This document shows, one piece after another, positions 34,439 to 42,647 of a DNA stretch of 42,647 bases. The position numbers and the translations under genes are program-made. The stretch is from contig JBDRQD010000043.1 in the NCBI GenBank assembly GCA_043826455.1, forward strand, positions 1-42,647. The letters are read 5' to 3'. Below the pieces are notes generated by a model, which worked only from the letters and a program-made list of their open reading frames with translations, was not told the DNA's origin and did no database searches. The stretch comes from Candidatus Bathyarchaeota archaeon. GTDB lineage: Archaea > Thermoproteota > Bathyarchaeia > TCS64. Every line of letters begins with the position of its first letter. The stretch's first letter is position 1.

Positions 34439-35320
34439 TCACGTGAAGTTGTGCTCCAGGTAGCCCCCCGTGAACTCTACGCGGCACGCCACCAGGTCCT
34501 CTGGCTTGATTATGGGGTCCACCAGCCGCATCTTCCCCTTACTGAACTGAAGATACTTCGAGTTAGGCAGCACCAGCTTCAGGTAGAGCTCCGTCTGGTT
34601 GATCAGGTAGCTGAGGTACGTGCCGTCCTGGAGGTTCATGGTGAGCCTCACATCACAGAGGCGCTCCATCTCCTCCAGTCCCTGGAGTTGCTTGGTGGCC
34701 GTGCTGGTGAACACATGGACGGCGCTCAGCTGGTTATCTACCCTGAACTCCCAGTCCGTGACGTCCGGTATAGTCGTCCAGTCTGTGCCGTTGGTGCTCA
34801 CCTGGACGTAGCAGTCCGACCACTCCCAGACGGTGCCGGGCAGCGCCCCGTAGCTGTGTATGGTGGTGGTCTTGGTGCCGTAGAGCTTGCCGATCATCTC
34901 AGCCGACCACACCACAGGCTCCCCTATGCTGCACTGGACAGATAGGACGTCCGCCTTCAGCCCCGTCCAGTAAAGATAAAGCTGGTTGGAGGCGTCCCGG
35001 TACAGCTTGGTCTCCGCGAAGAAGTTGTACCCACCGAGGATGAACTTCTGGAAGTAGTCGCCCAGCTGACCCTGAAGCCACCTGAGCCCAAGCTTCACGT
35101 TCTGGCGCCGGGACAGAACCGTCAGGGGTCTGCCCTCGCTGCCTCCGTCCCGGAGCACGAACACCCGGTTTAGCTCAGGGTCTAGGCTCGGCTTCATCTC
35201 AGTGACGTAGCCGACCCTGTACAGAGTGGTGGGAGTAGCCCCAGGGCTGCCCCCGTAGCTGGCCTCGTCGTAGGGCTTGTGCCCGAACGCGACCTGATCC
35301 TTACCCTTGTACCTAACCAT
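34439..35320 (-). CDS. Major tail tube protein
   Basis: EASYGGSP N-terminal motif, beta-rich, WEFRVDNQL; between terminator and chaperone genes. Confidence 0.75.
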   Translation of the reverse strand: MVRYKGKDQVAFGHKPYDEASYGGSPGATPTTLYRVGYVTEMKPSLDPELNRVFVLRDGGSEGRPLTVLSRRQNVKLGLRWLQGQLGDYFQKFILGGYNFFAETKLYRDASNQLYLYWTGLKADVLSVQCSIGEPVVWSAEMIGKLYGTKTTTIHSYGALPGTVWEWSDCYVQVSTNGTDWTTIPDVTDWEFRVDNQLSAVHVFTSTATKQLQGLEEMERLCDVRLTMNLQDGTYLSYLINQTELYLKLVLPNSKYLQFSKGKMRLVDPIIKPEDLVACRVEFTGGYLEHNFT

Positions 35321-35720
35321 AATACAGCACCTCTACTCGACACTGACTTCTGAACAGCGGAGGCCTGAGGCTTCCCTCGTCAAGGTCACGCCATGAGGAG
35401 ACGCTCAGCGCCTCAAGGCCTCCACCTGGATCAGTACACTTGGAGTGGAGTATCCGGTCCACCTCCTGGAGCATCTCCCACCGCTGAGCCGCGTCGCCCC
35501 GGGCCCAGGCGTCAACAAAGTACACTGCCTCGAACCGACGCTCCGCCTGCGCCGGGTTCTCGCTGAACCCCACCTGACGGGGCTGCGTGAGCACGTGGCT
35601 CACCACCACCTGAGGAAACTCAGCCTTCTCCATGAGCCAGTCCGCGCTAAACGCAGGCTTGTAACCCAGGCCCCAGCCGCCCCCCAGGAGCTCCAGGAGC
35701 GTCACCTTGGGGTCCGTCAA
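35313..35720 (-). CDS. Tail terminator/completion protein
   Basis: FPQVVV..., YFVDAW, EVDRILH pattern; position before the tube gene. Confidence 0.65.
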   Translation of the reverse strand: MTDPKVTLLELLGGGWGLGYKPAFSADWLMEKAEFPQVVVSHVLTQPRQVGFSENPAQAERRFEAVYFVDAWARGDAAQRWEMLQEVDRILHSKCTDPGGGLEALSVSSWRDLDEGSLRPPLFRSQCRVEVLYYG

Positions 35721-36103
35721 CTCATCGCCCTCTCCCCGTACACCTTACGGTAGGCCGTGGTGTGCTCCAAGCCCGTGACGTGGTAGCGGACGCCGTCCAC
35801 CTCCACCTCATACCGCTCCTCATTCACCGGTGCCCAGACGGGCAGCAGCACCTCCAGGTCCGCCCTCTTAACCTCCCCCGGCGGGAGCCGGAGCTCGCCT
35901 GGAGACAGCTTCACCATTGCCTTCACGGTCAAGGACGTCTCCAGGTAGACTGGCTGCCCGTAGGAATCACGGCTTGAGAGTGTCTGGTGGACTACCACCA
36001 CGTCTACGCCCCTTAGCCGGGCAAGCTCCTCGAAGCGCAGCGCCTCAGGATTAGGCATCATGACGTCGAAGCCCTCACCGAACTGCTTGTACATGAAGCT
36101 CAT
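35717..36103 (-). CDS. Head-closure/head-tail adaptor protein
   Basis: RDSYGQP, VEVDGVRYHV motifs; position. Confidence 0.68.
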   Translation of the reverse strand: MSFMYKQFGEGFDVMMPNPEALRFEELARLRGVDVVVVHQTLSSRDSYGQPVYLETSLTVKAMVKLSPGELRLPPGEVKRADLEVLLPVWAPVNEERYEVEVDGVRYHVTGLEHTTAYRKVYGERAMS

Positions 36104-37173
36104 GACTCGTACAGCCCGACCTTGGTTACGTTGGTCACGTTGGCCCCTTGGTTGACCGCTGAGCCGGTGACGCCGAATATCTGGCCGGGGCCGATGACCA
36201 CGTGGTCAGTGTATCCCTGAAGGTCGATGCCGTTGGGGGTCACACTCTGTCCATCGATGATGAGGCTGCTCAAGTTGATCCTGAAACACTTGTTGGCGGA
36301 GCCGTCGTCGTCTATGTCTATGGCGTCCCCGCCTGTCCTGTAGAATATGTGCCCCGTGCAGACGATGGACTCGACTCTACGATACATCTTGAAGCCGACG
36401 CCCACCGTGTTGAAGTGCTGGTTGTTGTGGAGTTGGCAGAGCCGCACCTTGCCCTCAGTCCCGTCCAGGGCGCCTATCTCTATGTCCCGGTTGTTGGCGT
36501 AGAAGTAGTTGTTCAGGAAGTAGCTCTTCAGTATCACCCCAGAGCCCACTCCTCCCTCTAGCCTGATACCGGCCTGGGCCGCGTTTTCGAACAGGCAGTC
36601 CTGGACCCACAGGTTCCACGAGTCCCCGGTGCTCTCCACGTGGAAGGCGTGCCTCTTGGCCTGGTTGATATAGACGCGGTCCATGTGCCAGTCTGATACC
36701 CGGTCCAGGTGCACAGTGTCCCGGTCCCCTGAGCCGGGGTAGAGGGTCATGTCGTAGAGGCCACCGAAGTGAACCGCGTCCCCGACTTTGCCGATGGCGA
36801 TACAGTGGACGCCGTTGGCCACGTTGAACCTGATCATGGTCCCGTAGTCCAGGTCGTGCCAGCACATCCCGGCCCCGTACAGGTGCACCGGGTATACCTC
36901 GTCCAATGTCCACGGCTGCGTCTCAGTGACCTTGCCCTTGGGCAGCCAGACGGCTCCACCCGTGTCAGCGTACACGTCATCGATGGCCTGCTGGACGTTG
37001 CCGGCGGCCCTCTCCCAGATGTTGCCCCGGCTGTTCACTATCCGGGTTCTGTCCCTGATGAAGGCCTCGGCGCCGGGGCCGAGCCTGGCCTCCAGGGCGT
37101 CAACAAGTGTATCGTAGTGGAGGTAGGTTATGGAGTCCGGGGGATACGGCTTGATGAACGCAGGCAACATCAT
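36100..37173 (-). CDS. Right-handed beta-helix (pectin-lyase-like) protein, tailspike/fibre-like
   Basis: VQQAIDD...GGAVWLPKG...VHLYGAG start and N-x-F-x-x-N repeats; ATGA overlap with the next gene. Confidence 0.78.
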   Translation of the reverse strand: MMLPAFIKPYPPDSITYLHYDTLVDALEARLGPGAEAFIRDRTRIVNSRGNIWERAAGNVQQAIDDVYADTGGAVWLPKGKVTETQPWTLDEVYPVHLYGAGMCWHDLDYGTMIRFNVANGVHCIAIGKVGDAVHFGGLYDMTLYPGSGDRDTVHLDRVSDWHMDRVYINQAKRHAFHVESTGDSWNLWVQDCLFENAAQAGIRLEGGVGSGVILKSYFLNNYFYANNRDIEIGALDGTEGKVRLCQLHNNQHFNTVGVGFKMYRRVESIVCTGHIFYRTGGDAIDIDDDGSANKCFRINLSSLIIDGQSVTPNGIDLQGYTDHVVIGPGQIFGVTGSAVNQGANVTNVTKVGLYES

Positions 37174-37189
37174 CCATCCTTTACGATCA

Positions 37190-37295
37190 CTATTTTATTC
37201 CGACATATTTATACTATTTTTATAGCTGGCATAATATGATACGTATTATATTGTCTTCATTAAATGCCAGGCATTTATAGCCCGTTATAAAATCT
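37190..37295 (-). promoter_or_regulatory. AT-rich promoter region of the tail operon with nested dyads
   Basis: TATA-like tracts; ATAATA-N7-TATTAT at 37231-37249; CTGGCAT...ATGCCAG at 37226-37270. Confidence 0.45.
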
Positions 37296-37381
37296 GTGTA
37301 CCAACTCCTCGACGAGATCGAATCGTTCATGACTGCCTTCGGGGAGACACTTTCTTCCCTGGGCACGGATGCATGTACAAA

Positions 37382-39484
37382 TCAGGGGTCTGTGTAACTT
37401 ATTTTATTGTCCTGCCCCTCATCTACGACCCCTTCGCCTTTCCTTATTTCAATCACGTTGTCTTTGGTGAGGGAGTCTAGCCACACGTGCCTGGTCTCTG
37501 AGTTACCCTGTGTTCCAGCGAACATGACTCCATCCGCGTTCTCGTTGCTGTAATTATCTGGCGCCTTGATCTCGAGGCCGGTCATATCGTTGTCTGTGAC
37601 CCTGTTTTTTTCAGCGAGTATGGTTGTATCCTGCTGCTTGTCTCTTCCGTGAACCCTGATGCCATAATACGCCTTACCTGAGATGACGTTGTCAAGTACT
37701 TCAATCGAGTCGTTGCGGCCAACCTTGATCCCGACAAACCCATCAGCGAGACAAATAGAGTTCTCCGAGACGGTGCCCGCATGAAGCTTACCCGCCCATT
37801 CCGGCACGTTGAAAGGCCCCATGATCATCATCCCCCCGTAGTTCTTCTTTGTACATTTTATAGAGTTCTTGGACACAACTACGCTGAATCCTGGTTTATG
37901 CGGGAAGGCCATGGCGCTGTGAACGGTGATTCCGAACCCGGTCTCAACCCAGTTATGCACACGACTGCCGAACACCTCTGAAACTATCTCGTTGTCGATA
38001 ATCTCAGCCTTCGCTGAAGCCTGGCAGTCTGATACATTAATCCCCACGGCGTTCATATTCTGGACAACATTCTTTCTTATCGATACCCTGCCTTCTGCAT
38101 GTAATACGAATACTCCGACCCCACAATAGTACTCCTCGAGGAGATTTGGGTAGTAGCTTGGGTCATTCCACTGATCATGGGTTGAAGCGTATCCTCTTCT
38201 TAAGGGGGATAGGGCGAAATCAAGGTAGTTACCCTCAATGCGTACTCCCTCAGGATAATACGTGATATTTTCTGGGGCGCCGAAGTGACCTACCATTATT
38301 CCTGTAACCATGTCCCCATACGGGTGGCGTCTGCCTCTGCTGTACCCTGTCTCCAGTGTGATTCGGTTGTTCCTTATTGTCAGACCTGCGCCGCCTTCAC
38401 CGTATACACAGATATCATTGAAATCTGTGAAGTGGATGTTCTCAATAGTAATGTGGGTGTTCTCTCCCTTAGCCCGCACCAGCCACTCGTTGGACGTGAA
38501 GGGCATCTGCCACCCCTTCTTGTATATCTTTGTTGATGGAACATCGTTCTCTCGTCCCTCCCCCCTGAGTGTGCAGCTCTTAGAAATGGTGATCCCTGAG
38601 TTACCGAAATTGAAGACGCCTCTGAGCGTCACCTCATCATAGTTGTCCACGGCGTCCTGGACCGCGCGCTGGTCGTGCCTGGGGTCATCTCTCCCATTGA
38701 TCGTTATCCGCCTGATGCTTTCCCTACCCAGAGTCCCGCGGGTTGTTTGACCCTTCGAGGCCTCACTCCAGAGAAGCTGGTACAGGTCCCTGCACCACTT
38801 CACAGCCCCGGCGTCTGAGGTCGTGAACCCCGTGTAATCGTATCTTCCTTCGTGTGTGGGGAAAGACACGGCAGCCCTCAGCTTGGAGACGAAGAGGAGG
38901 ACGCCCACCTCATGGGACGTGGAGCTTTCTACGAGGGGAGAGAAGGTTATCCGTGTGACGTCTTCACTCCTCTCCCTGTCTTCGTGTGTTATTATCTTGA
39001 AACTGGTTCCTTTGTTCAGCGCGTCCTCGATGCAACGGGTTACAGTGTAAGGAACCTCGTCCACCTGCATCCAGACGTACTCGTTCGAGTCGGCCACGGT
39101 TTCCTCGATGAACCTGAGAAAATCCATCATGCTCTCAACGTAATGGCTTTCAGAGAGCTCTCCGAGCCTTGAGACAAACTCTCCAGGGATCCCCCTCAAC
39201 CCGTGCGAGATGAAGTAGTCCCTGTTTTTTGACATGAACGAGATTTCCTCGATCTGGCCCAGGACCAGCTCCCCGAATGAGGACAGGGAGTAGGTGCCGT
39301 CAAGGTTCTTCCTGATCACATCTACCTCGAGAAGCCGGGAGACGTGGCGGCTGACCTCTGGCAGACTCAGATCCAGTTTTCTGGAGAGCTGGGACAGGTT
39401 AAGTGACTCGCCGCTCAGCAGTATCAGTATCCGGTGTCTGACCTCACTGGAAACCTCGAACAATAGATCGTAGAGTCGCTCCAT
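37382..39484 (-). CDS. ArsR-type wHTH + DUF1724-like regulator fused to a C-terminal right-handed beta-helix
   Basis: LLFEVSSEVRHRIL..LSQLSRKLDLSLPEVSRHVSRL..YSLSSFG; YFISH..IPGEFVSRLGEL; AVKWCRDLYQLLW; then AVQDAVD..VTLRGVFNFG and I-x-x-N-x-I repeats. Confidence 0.85.
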   Translation of the reverse strand: MERLYDLLFEVSSEVRHRILILLSGESLNLSQLSRKLDLSLPEVSRHVSRLLEVDVIRKNLDGTYSLSSFGELVLGQIEEISFMSKNRDYFISHGLRGIPGEFVSRLGELSESHYVESMMDFLRFIEETVADSNEYVWMQVDEVPYTVTRCIEDALNKGTSFKIITHEDRERSEDVTRITFSPLVESSTSHEVGVLLFVSKLRAAVSFPTHEGRYDYTGFTTSDAGAVKWCRDLYQLLWSEASKGQTTRGTLGRESIRRITINGRDDPRHDQRAVQDAVDNYDEVTLRGVFNFGNSGITISKSCTLRGEGRENDVPSTKIYKKGWQMPFTSNEWLVRAKGENTHITIENIHFTDFNDICVYGEGGAGLTIRNNRITLETGYSRGRRHPYGDMVTGIMVGHFGAPENITYYPEGVRIEGNYLDFALSPLRRGYASTHDQWNDPSYYPNLLEEYYCGVGVFVLHAEGRVSIRKNVVQNMNAVGINVSDCQASAKAEIIDNEIVSEVFGSRVHNWVETGFGITVHSAMAFPHKPGFSVVVSKNSIKCTKKNYGGMMIMGPFNVPEWAGKLHAGTVSENSICLADGFVGIKVGRNDSIEVLDNVISGKAYYGIRVHGRDKQQDTTILAEKNRVTDNDMTGLEIKAPDNYSNENADGVMFAGTQGNSETRHVWLDSLTKDNVIEIRKGEGVVDEGQDNKISYTDP

Positions 39485-39500
39485 CTACACCACAATTGAA

Positions 39501-39610
39501 GGTTCCTAAAGGTTACGTACACGTTTTTAACCTTAAGGATTGCCCTGAAGTTACTATAATATTCGCTGAAGCTTCTCCCTGAGACAGGTTTACTCCTGTG
39601 AAGGTGCTGG
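39501..39610 (+). promoter_or_regulatory. Copy 1 of a ~110-bp promoter/operator unit with AAGGTTA-N12-TAACCTT dyad
   Basis: Aligns with 41626-41733 and 42409-42518; dyad at 39509-39534; lies between the divergent regulator and the 67-aa ORF. Confidence 0.85.
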
Positions 39611-39637
39611 GAACTGGGGCGTAACTTCTCTATCCAC

Positions 39638-39841
39638 GTGAGATCAAGGGCTCACCTGAAGACCATCAGCATATCTGAGGATAACAGCGGCGCCCTCTTT
39701 GAGGGCGACCTGGGTGAGTCACTGGAAATAGCGCTGCAAGAGGACATGCTACTGCTGGTAAAGGGGACCCTCGGGACACTCAGGGTCGAGGTCACGAGGG
39801 ATGAGCTGAGACAGGTTCTCCAGGCCAAGTCGAGGAGTTAG
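39638..39841 (+). CDS. Small beta-rich hypothetical protein (67 aa)
   Basis: ISIS...ALFEGDLG....LLLVKGTLGTLRVEVT; decayed homolog at about 42537-42630. Confidence 0.7.
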   Translation: MRSRAHLKTISISEDNSGALFEGDLGESLEIALQEDMLLLVKGTLGTLRVEVTRDELRQVLQAKSRS

Positions 39842-39846
39842 AACTG

Positions 39847-39865
39847 AGCTCCGAGGTGGGGAGCT
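39847..39865 (+). promoter_or_regulatory. Conserved hairpin AGCTCC-GAGGTGG-GGAGCT in a 5' leader (copy 1)
   Basis: Identical core at 41846-41863 and 42636-42647 (truncated by the window edge). Confidence 0.75.
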
Positions 39866-39898
39866 ATACAAGTACCAAGAAGGAGTGAGGATGAAAGA

Positions 39899-41473
39899 AT
39901 GAAGATGGAAAAAGTGCTCGTGAAACAGACATCGCGCGGCATCTGCAAGTACGCTCTCCTTGCGCTGCTTCTCCTATCATCAGCATACATGGTGTATGGG
40001 CAGGGGTATGAGGAGTGGAGTAAGGACATTGGAGGCGAGGATACTGAACACTTCAAGGCGATACAGGAAACAACAGACGGGGGCTTCATCATCGTAGGCT
40101 ACGTTGAGCTTTGGACACGTGACGACCGTGAACTATACATGGTAAAGACGGACTCCATGGGAGACATTGAGTGGTCACAGGTATACGGTGACGTAAAAGA
40201 TGATGACGCCTACGACGTCGTGCAGACAAGTGACGGCGGATACCTTGTAGCAGGAGGCACAAAATCATACGGAGCAGGGTTAACCGATCTGTGGGTGATG
40301 AGAACCGATGGCCAAGGAGAGCTCCTCTGGGAGAAGATTCTAGGAGGAGCCAAAGACGACGTCGCATACTCGATTACCAGTCTGGCTGGTGGAGACTACC
40401 TGCTAGCAGGAAGCACTGCCTCATACGGTTCTGGAAGCAGTGACGTGTGGGTCCTGAAGATAAACGACGAAGGAGAAGTCCTCTGGAACATCACCCTAGG
40501 TGGACCCAAGAACGACATAGGAAGAGAGATAATAACCACAGCCGATGACGGGTTCATAATAGTAGGCGACACGTCCTCCTACGGAGCGGGATGGAGCGAC
40601 GTATGGCTCATAAAAATGAATGCGGACGGCAGCGTCTCCTGGAACCAGACATACGGCGGATCAGCGAATGACAGCGGAAGATCCGTCAAAGAAACAAGTG
40701 AGGGTTACGTCATCGCCGGCAACTCTGACTCGTTTGGAAGCAACCTGGTTGAAGGATACATCGTTAAAGCTGACGCGGAAGGCAACCTTGTATGGGAGAA
40801 GACGTTCGGCGGATCATCGGATGACTACGCCGAATCAGTAGAACTGCTCGCTGATGAGGGTTACCTCGTAACGGGATACACGACTTCAACAGGTACAGGT
40901 GAGTCGGATGTCTGGCTCTTCTCATTATCAGGTGACGGCGACCTAGTCGACGAAACATTCTACGGCGGCAGCATGCGAGACAGAATGTACCAAGTACACG
41001 CAACATCAGACGGCGGATATATCCTAGTTGGATTCACATGGTCCTTCGGGTCTGGAGGAAACGGATACCTGATTAAGATCACCATGGAGCAGCCAAAGAA
41101 GCCGGCAGAGTTCAAGCTATCGAACCTGGCTGTCTCTCCCACGACAGTTGAAACCGGAAAAACGGTGACCGTGTCGGTGACCGTGACCAACGTGGGCGAG
41201 GAGACGGGAAGCCACAAAGCCGAACTGCTCTTGGATGGCTCTAAGGTCGACGAAGAGACGGTTTCCCTCGAAGGCGGAGCAAGTGAGACAGTGGAGTTCA
41301 CAGGCGTCTCCGGAGGCGAGGGCGCTCACACGGTAGCCGTTGGCAGTCTCTCAGGCAGCTTCACTGTATCAGCGCCCCCAAGGCAAGACGGAATACCCGG
41401 GTACCCGGTAGCTTCACTAATACTAGGGTTATCTGTCACGGCTCTTGCGTTGCTCTATAAAAGAACCCACTAA
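39899..41473 (+). CDS. Secreted beta-propeller-like repeat protein with CARDB domain and PGF-CTERM-like sorting tail
   Basis: Seven ~50-aa repeats (W...YGG..DD...V..T.DGGY...G.T.S.G.G..DVW..K...G); CARDB; GIPGYP + TM + KR. Confidence 0.85.
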   Translation: MKMEKVLVKQTSRGICKYALLALLLLSSAYMVYGQGYEEWSKDIGGEDTEHFKAIQETTDGGFIIVGYVELWTRDDRELYMVKTDSMGDIEWSQVYGDVKDDDAYDVVQTSDGGYLVAGGTKSYGAGLTDLWVMRTDGQGELLWEKILGGAKDDVAYSITSLAGGDYLLAGSTASYGSGSSDVWVLKINDEGEVLWNITLGGPKNDIGREIITTADDGFIIVGDTSSYGAGWSDVWLIKMNADGSVSWNQTYGGSANDSGRSVKETSEGYVIAGNSDSFGSNLVEGYIVKADAEGNLVWEKTFGGSSDDYAESVELLADEGYLVTGYTTSTGTGESDVWLFSLSGDGDLVDETFYGGSMRDRMYQVHATSDGGYILVGFTWSFGSGGNGYLIKITMEQPKKPAEFKLSNLAVSPTTVETGKTVTVSVTVTNVGEETGSHKAELLLDGSKVDEETVSLEGGASETVEFTGVSGGEGAHTVAVGSLSGSFTVSAPPRQDGIPGYPVASLILGLSVTALALLYKRTH

Positions 41474-41491
41474 TTTTTTTATGACACTGGA

Positions 41492-41536
41492 TGCTGGAGG
41501 TGGCGTCGCATATTTCCAAGTCTTGCACCTCCAGCA
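41492..41536 (+). terminator. 11-bp inverted repeat hairpin after a T-tract
   Basis: TGCTGGAGGTG-N23-CACCTCCAGCA just downstream of the 41473 stop and T7 run. Confidence 0.5.
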
Positions 41537-41625
41537 ACTCTCTTGTTTATTATTTTTCAGGCGCCATTCTAGATTATTCTAGGTAAAACATAAACTATTT
41601 CTGAAAGAAACAGATAGTGATCGAT

Positions 41626-41733
41626 GGCTCCTAAAGGTTATGTACCGATTTTTAACATTAAGGATTGTATCTAAGTTATTGTAATATTCGTTGAAGCCTC
41701 TCCCTGAGATAGGGTTGCTCCCATGAGTATGCT
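41626..41733 (+). promoter_or_regulatory. Copy 2 of the ~110-bp promoter/operator unit
   Basis: ggctcctaaaggttatgtaccgatttttaacattaaggat...taatattcg.tgaagc.tctccctgaga. Confidence 0.85.
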
Positions 41734-41891
41734 AAAAGGCGATCTCGCGGCGTTCAAATACAAATACACCCAGATCAGTCACATAGAAAAATTGCTGTGA
41801 ATAAGCTTAGATCAAGTCTTATGGCATTTCATGGGTTGACGCCCAAGCTCCGAGGTGGGGAGCGTTAGAAATACCATGAAATGAAGGGAGA

Positions 41892-42293
41892 GTGAACAAA
41901 CTGGGAGAAATAAGAAAAAAGATTGATGCCGTAAACAAGGGCTTCGTAGAAGCTTTCAACAGAGGAGACCTGGCCGCAGCCATGAGGGTTTACACAGAGG
42001 ACGCTACTATCCTCCCGCCAAACACTGAGATGATTAAGGGAAGGAAGGCCATCACAGCATACTGGCAGGGCGCCCTGGATATGGGTGTCAAGGAGGCGAA
42101 GCTTGAGACGGTGGAGGTTACGCCCATGGGTGATAAAGCTGCATGTGAGATCGGAACATACGTGCTGAAGATTCACCCTGAAGGTGGGCCGGCTTTCACT
42201 GATAAGGGAAAATACATGATGGTCTGGAAGCTTGTGGACGGGTCCTGGAAATGGGACTCTGATGCCTGGAACAGCAGCCTACCACCAACATGA
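41892..42293 (+). CDS. NTF2/SnoaL-like protein (DUF4440/YybH family)
   Basis: AFNRGD...YTEDATILPP...IKGRKAI..EIGTY..GKYMMVWKLVDGSWK..DAWNS. Confidence 0.9.
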   Translation: MNKLGEIRKKIDAVNKGFVEAFNRGDLAAAMRVYTEDATILPPNTEMIKGRKAITAYWQGALDMGVKEAKLETVEVTPMGDKAACEIGTYVLKIHPEGGPAFTDKGKYMMVWKLVDGSWKWDSDAWNSSLPPT

Positions 42294-42408
42294 GGCTAAA
42301 ACTGGTGAAAGACACCATCTGAAATTCCCCCTTTTTTCCAACCAAGACTGTACACGTAGGAAAATAGTGAGGATAAAACCATTGGTGATTGAGCACATAG
42401 TGATCGAC

Positions 42409-42518
42409 GGCTCCGAAAGGTTACGTACCCGTTTTTAACCTTAAGGATCGAACCTAAGTTAGTGTAATATTCGTTTAAACTTCTCTCTGAGACAGGTTTA
42501 CTCCTAATAAGATGCTGG
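42409..42518 (+). promoter_or_regulatory. Copy 3 of the ~110-bp promoter/operator unit
   Basis: ggctccgaaaggttacgtacccgtttttaaccttaaggat...ctgagacaggtttactcct. Confidence 0.85.
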
Positions 42519-42536
42519 TATCTGGATGAACTTGAA

Positions 42537-42630
42537 GAGATCAAGGGTTAACGGGACCCTAACCTCTCTCAAGGTTGAGTTCACCTGGGCTGAACCAGGA
42601 CAGGTTCTCCAGGCACAGCAGAAGAGAGAG
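42537..42630 (+). pseudogene. Internally deleted copy of the 67-aa ORF at 39638-39841
   Basis: Shares gagatcaaggg, gggaccct and gacaggttctccaggc with copy 1, but the middle is missing. Confidence 0.7.
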
Positions 42631-42647
42631 ACCTGAGCTCCGAGGTG

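Larger units (their letters stand above)
30186..37173 (-). mobile_element. Virus-derived non-contractile tail/neck operon (defective provirus or domesticated tail-like element)
   Basis: Nine co-oriented, abutting or overlapping ORFs in tailed-virus order; no capsid, portal, sheath or integrase in the window. Confidence 0.8.

Noticed and set aside
34079..34945. 288-aa plus-strand ORF opposite the tail tube and chaperone genes
   Set aside because: Antisense shadow; the minus-strand genes fit the operon and motifs
37226..37270. dif/Xer-like site upstream of the tail operon
   Set aside because: Arm spacing does not fit the 11-6-11 dif layout; kept only as a possible operator
39990..41080. Internal repeats as a DGR template/variable pair or repeat array
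   Set aside because: They are diverged protein-level propeller repeats; no adenine-specific pattern and no reverse transcriptase
1..42647. tRNA, rRNA, integrase or transposase marking element ends
   Set aside because: None recognised by eye, so provirus boundaries and att sites cannot be defined; tRNAscan-SE would be needed to exclude intron-containing tRNAs

Overview
Archaeal chromosomal window, most likely Bathyarchaeia-like (inferred from gene families, tightly packed or leaderless starts, CARDB/PKD surface proteins and PAS-GAF kinases). It is a mosaic of GC-rich backbone and AT-rich islands. In order: (1) AT-rich island with an HD-domain protein and a flavodoxin remnant (1-1900); (2) a four-enzyme WbpA/B/E/D-type 2,3-diacetamido uronic acid pathway (2092-6398); (3) a region at 6820-7134 where two same-strand overlapping frames each carry half of the motifs of a YdjM-like membrane metallohydrolase; (4) large surface proteins; (5) a DUF3006-like + ComEC-type MBL cassette bracketed by directly repeated res-like sites; (6) an AT-rich defence/TA-like island with an amber-interrupted HEPN gene, DEDD exonuclease, PIN toxin, hybrid antitoxin and a TGT-like protein (18.4-23.1 kb); (7) decayed packaging genes, G-string iterons and a decayed tail-tip paralog (23.1-25.5 kb); (8) a two-component cassette; (9) an intact, head-less non-contractile tail operon with a -1 frameshift chaperone pair and a very short tape measure (30.2-37.2 kb); (10) a wHTH regulator fused to a beta-helix, plus three copies of a ~110-bp promoter/operator unit with a conserved hairpin, placed before different cargo genes. 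No rRNA, tRNA, CRISPR array, integrase or transposase was seen. All family assignments come from motif recognition by eye, not database searches.
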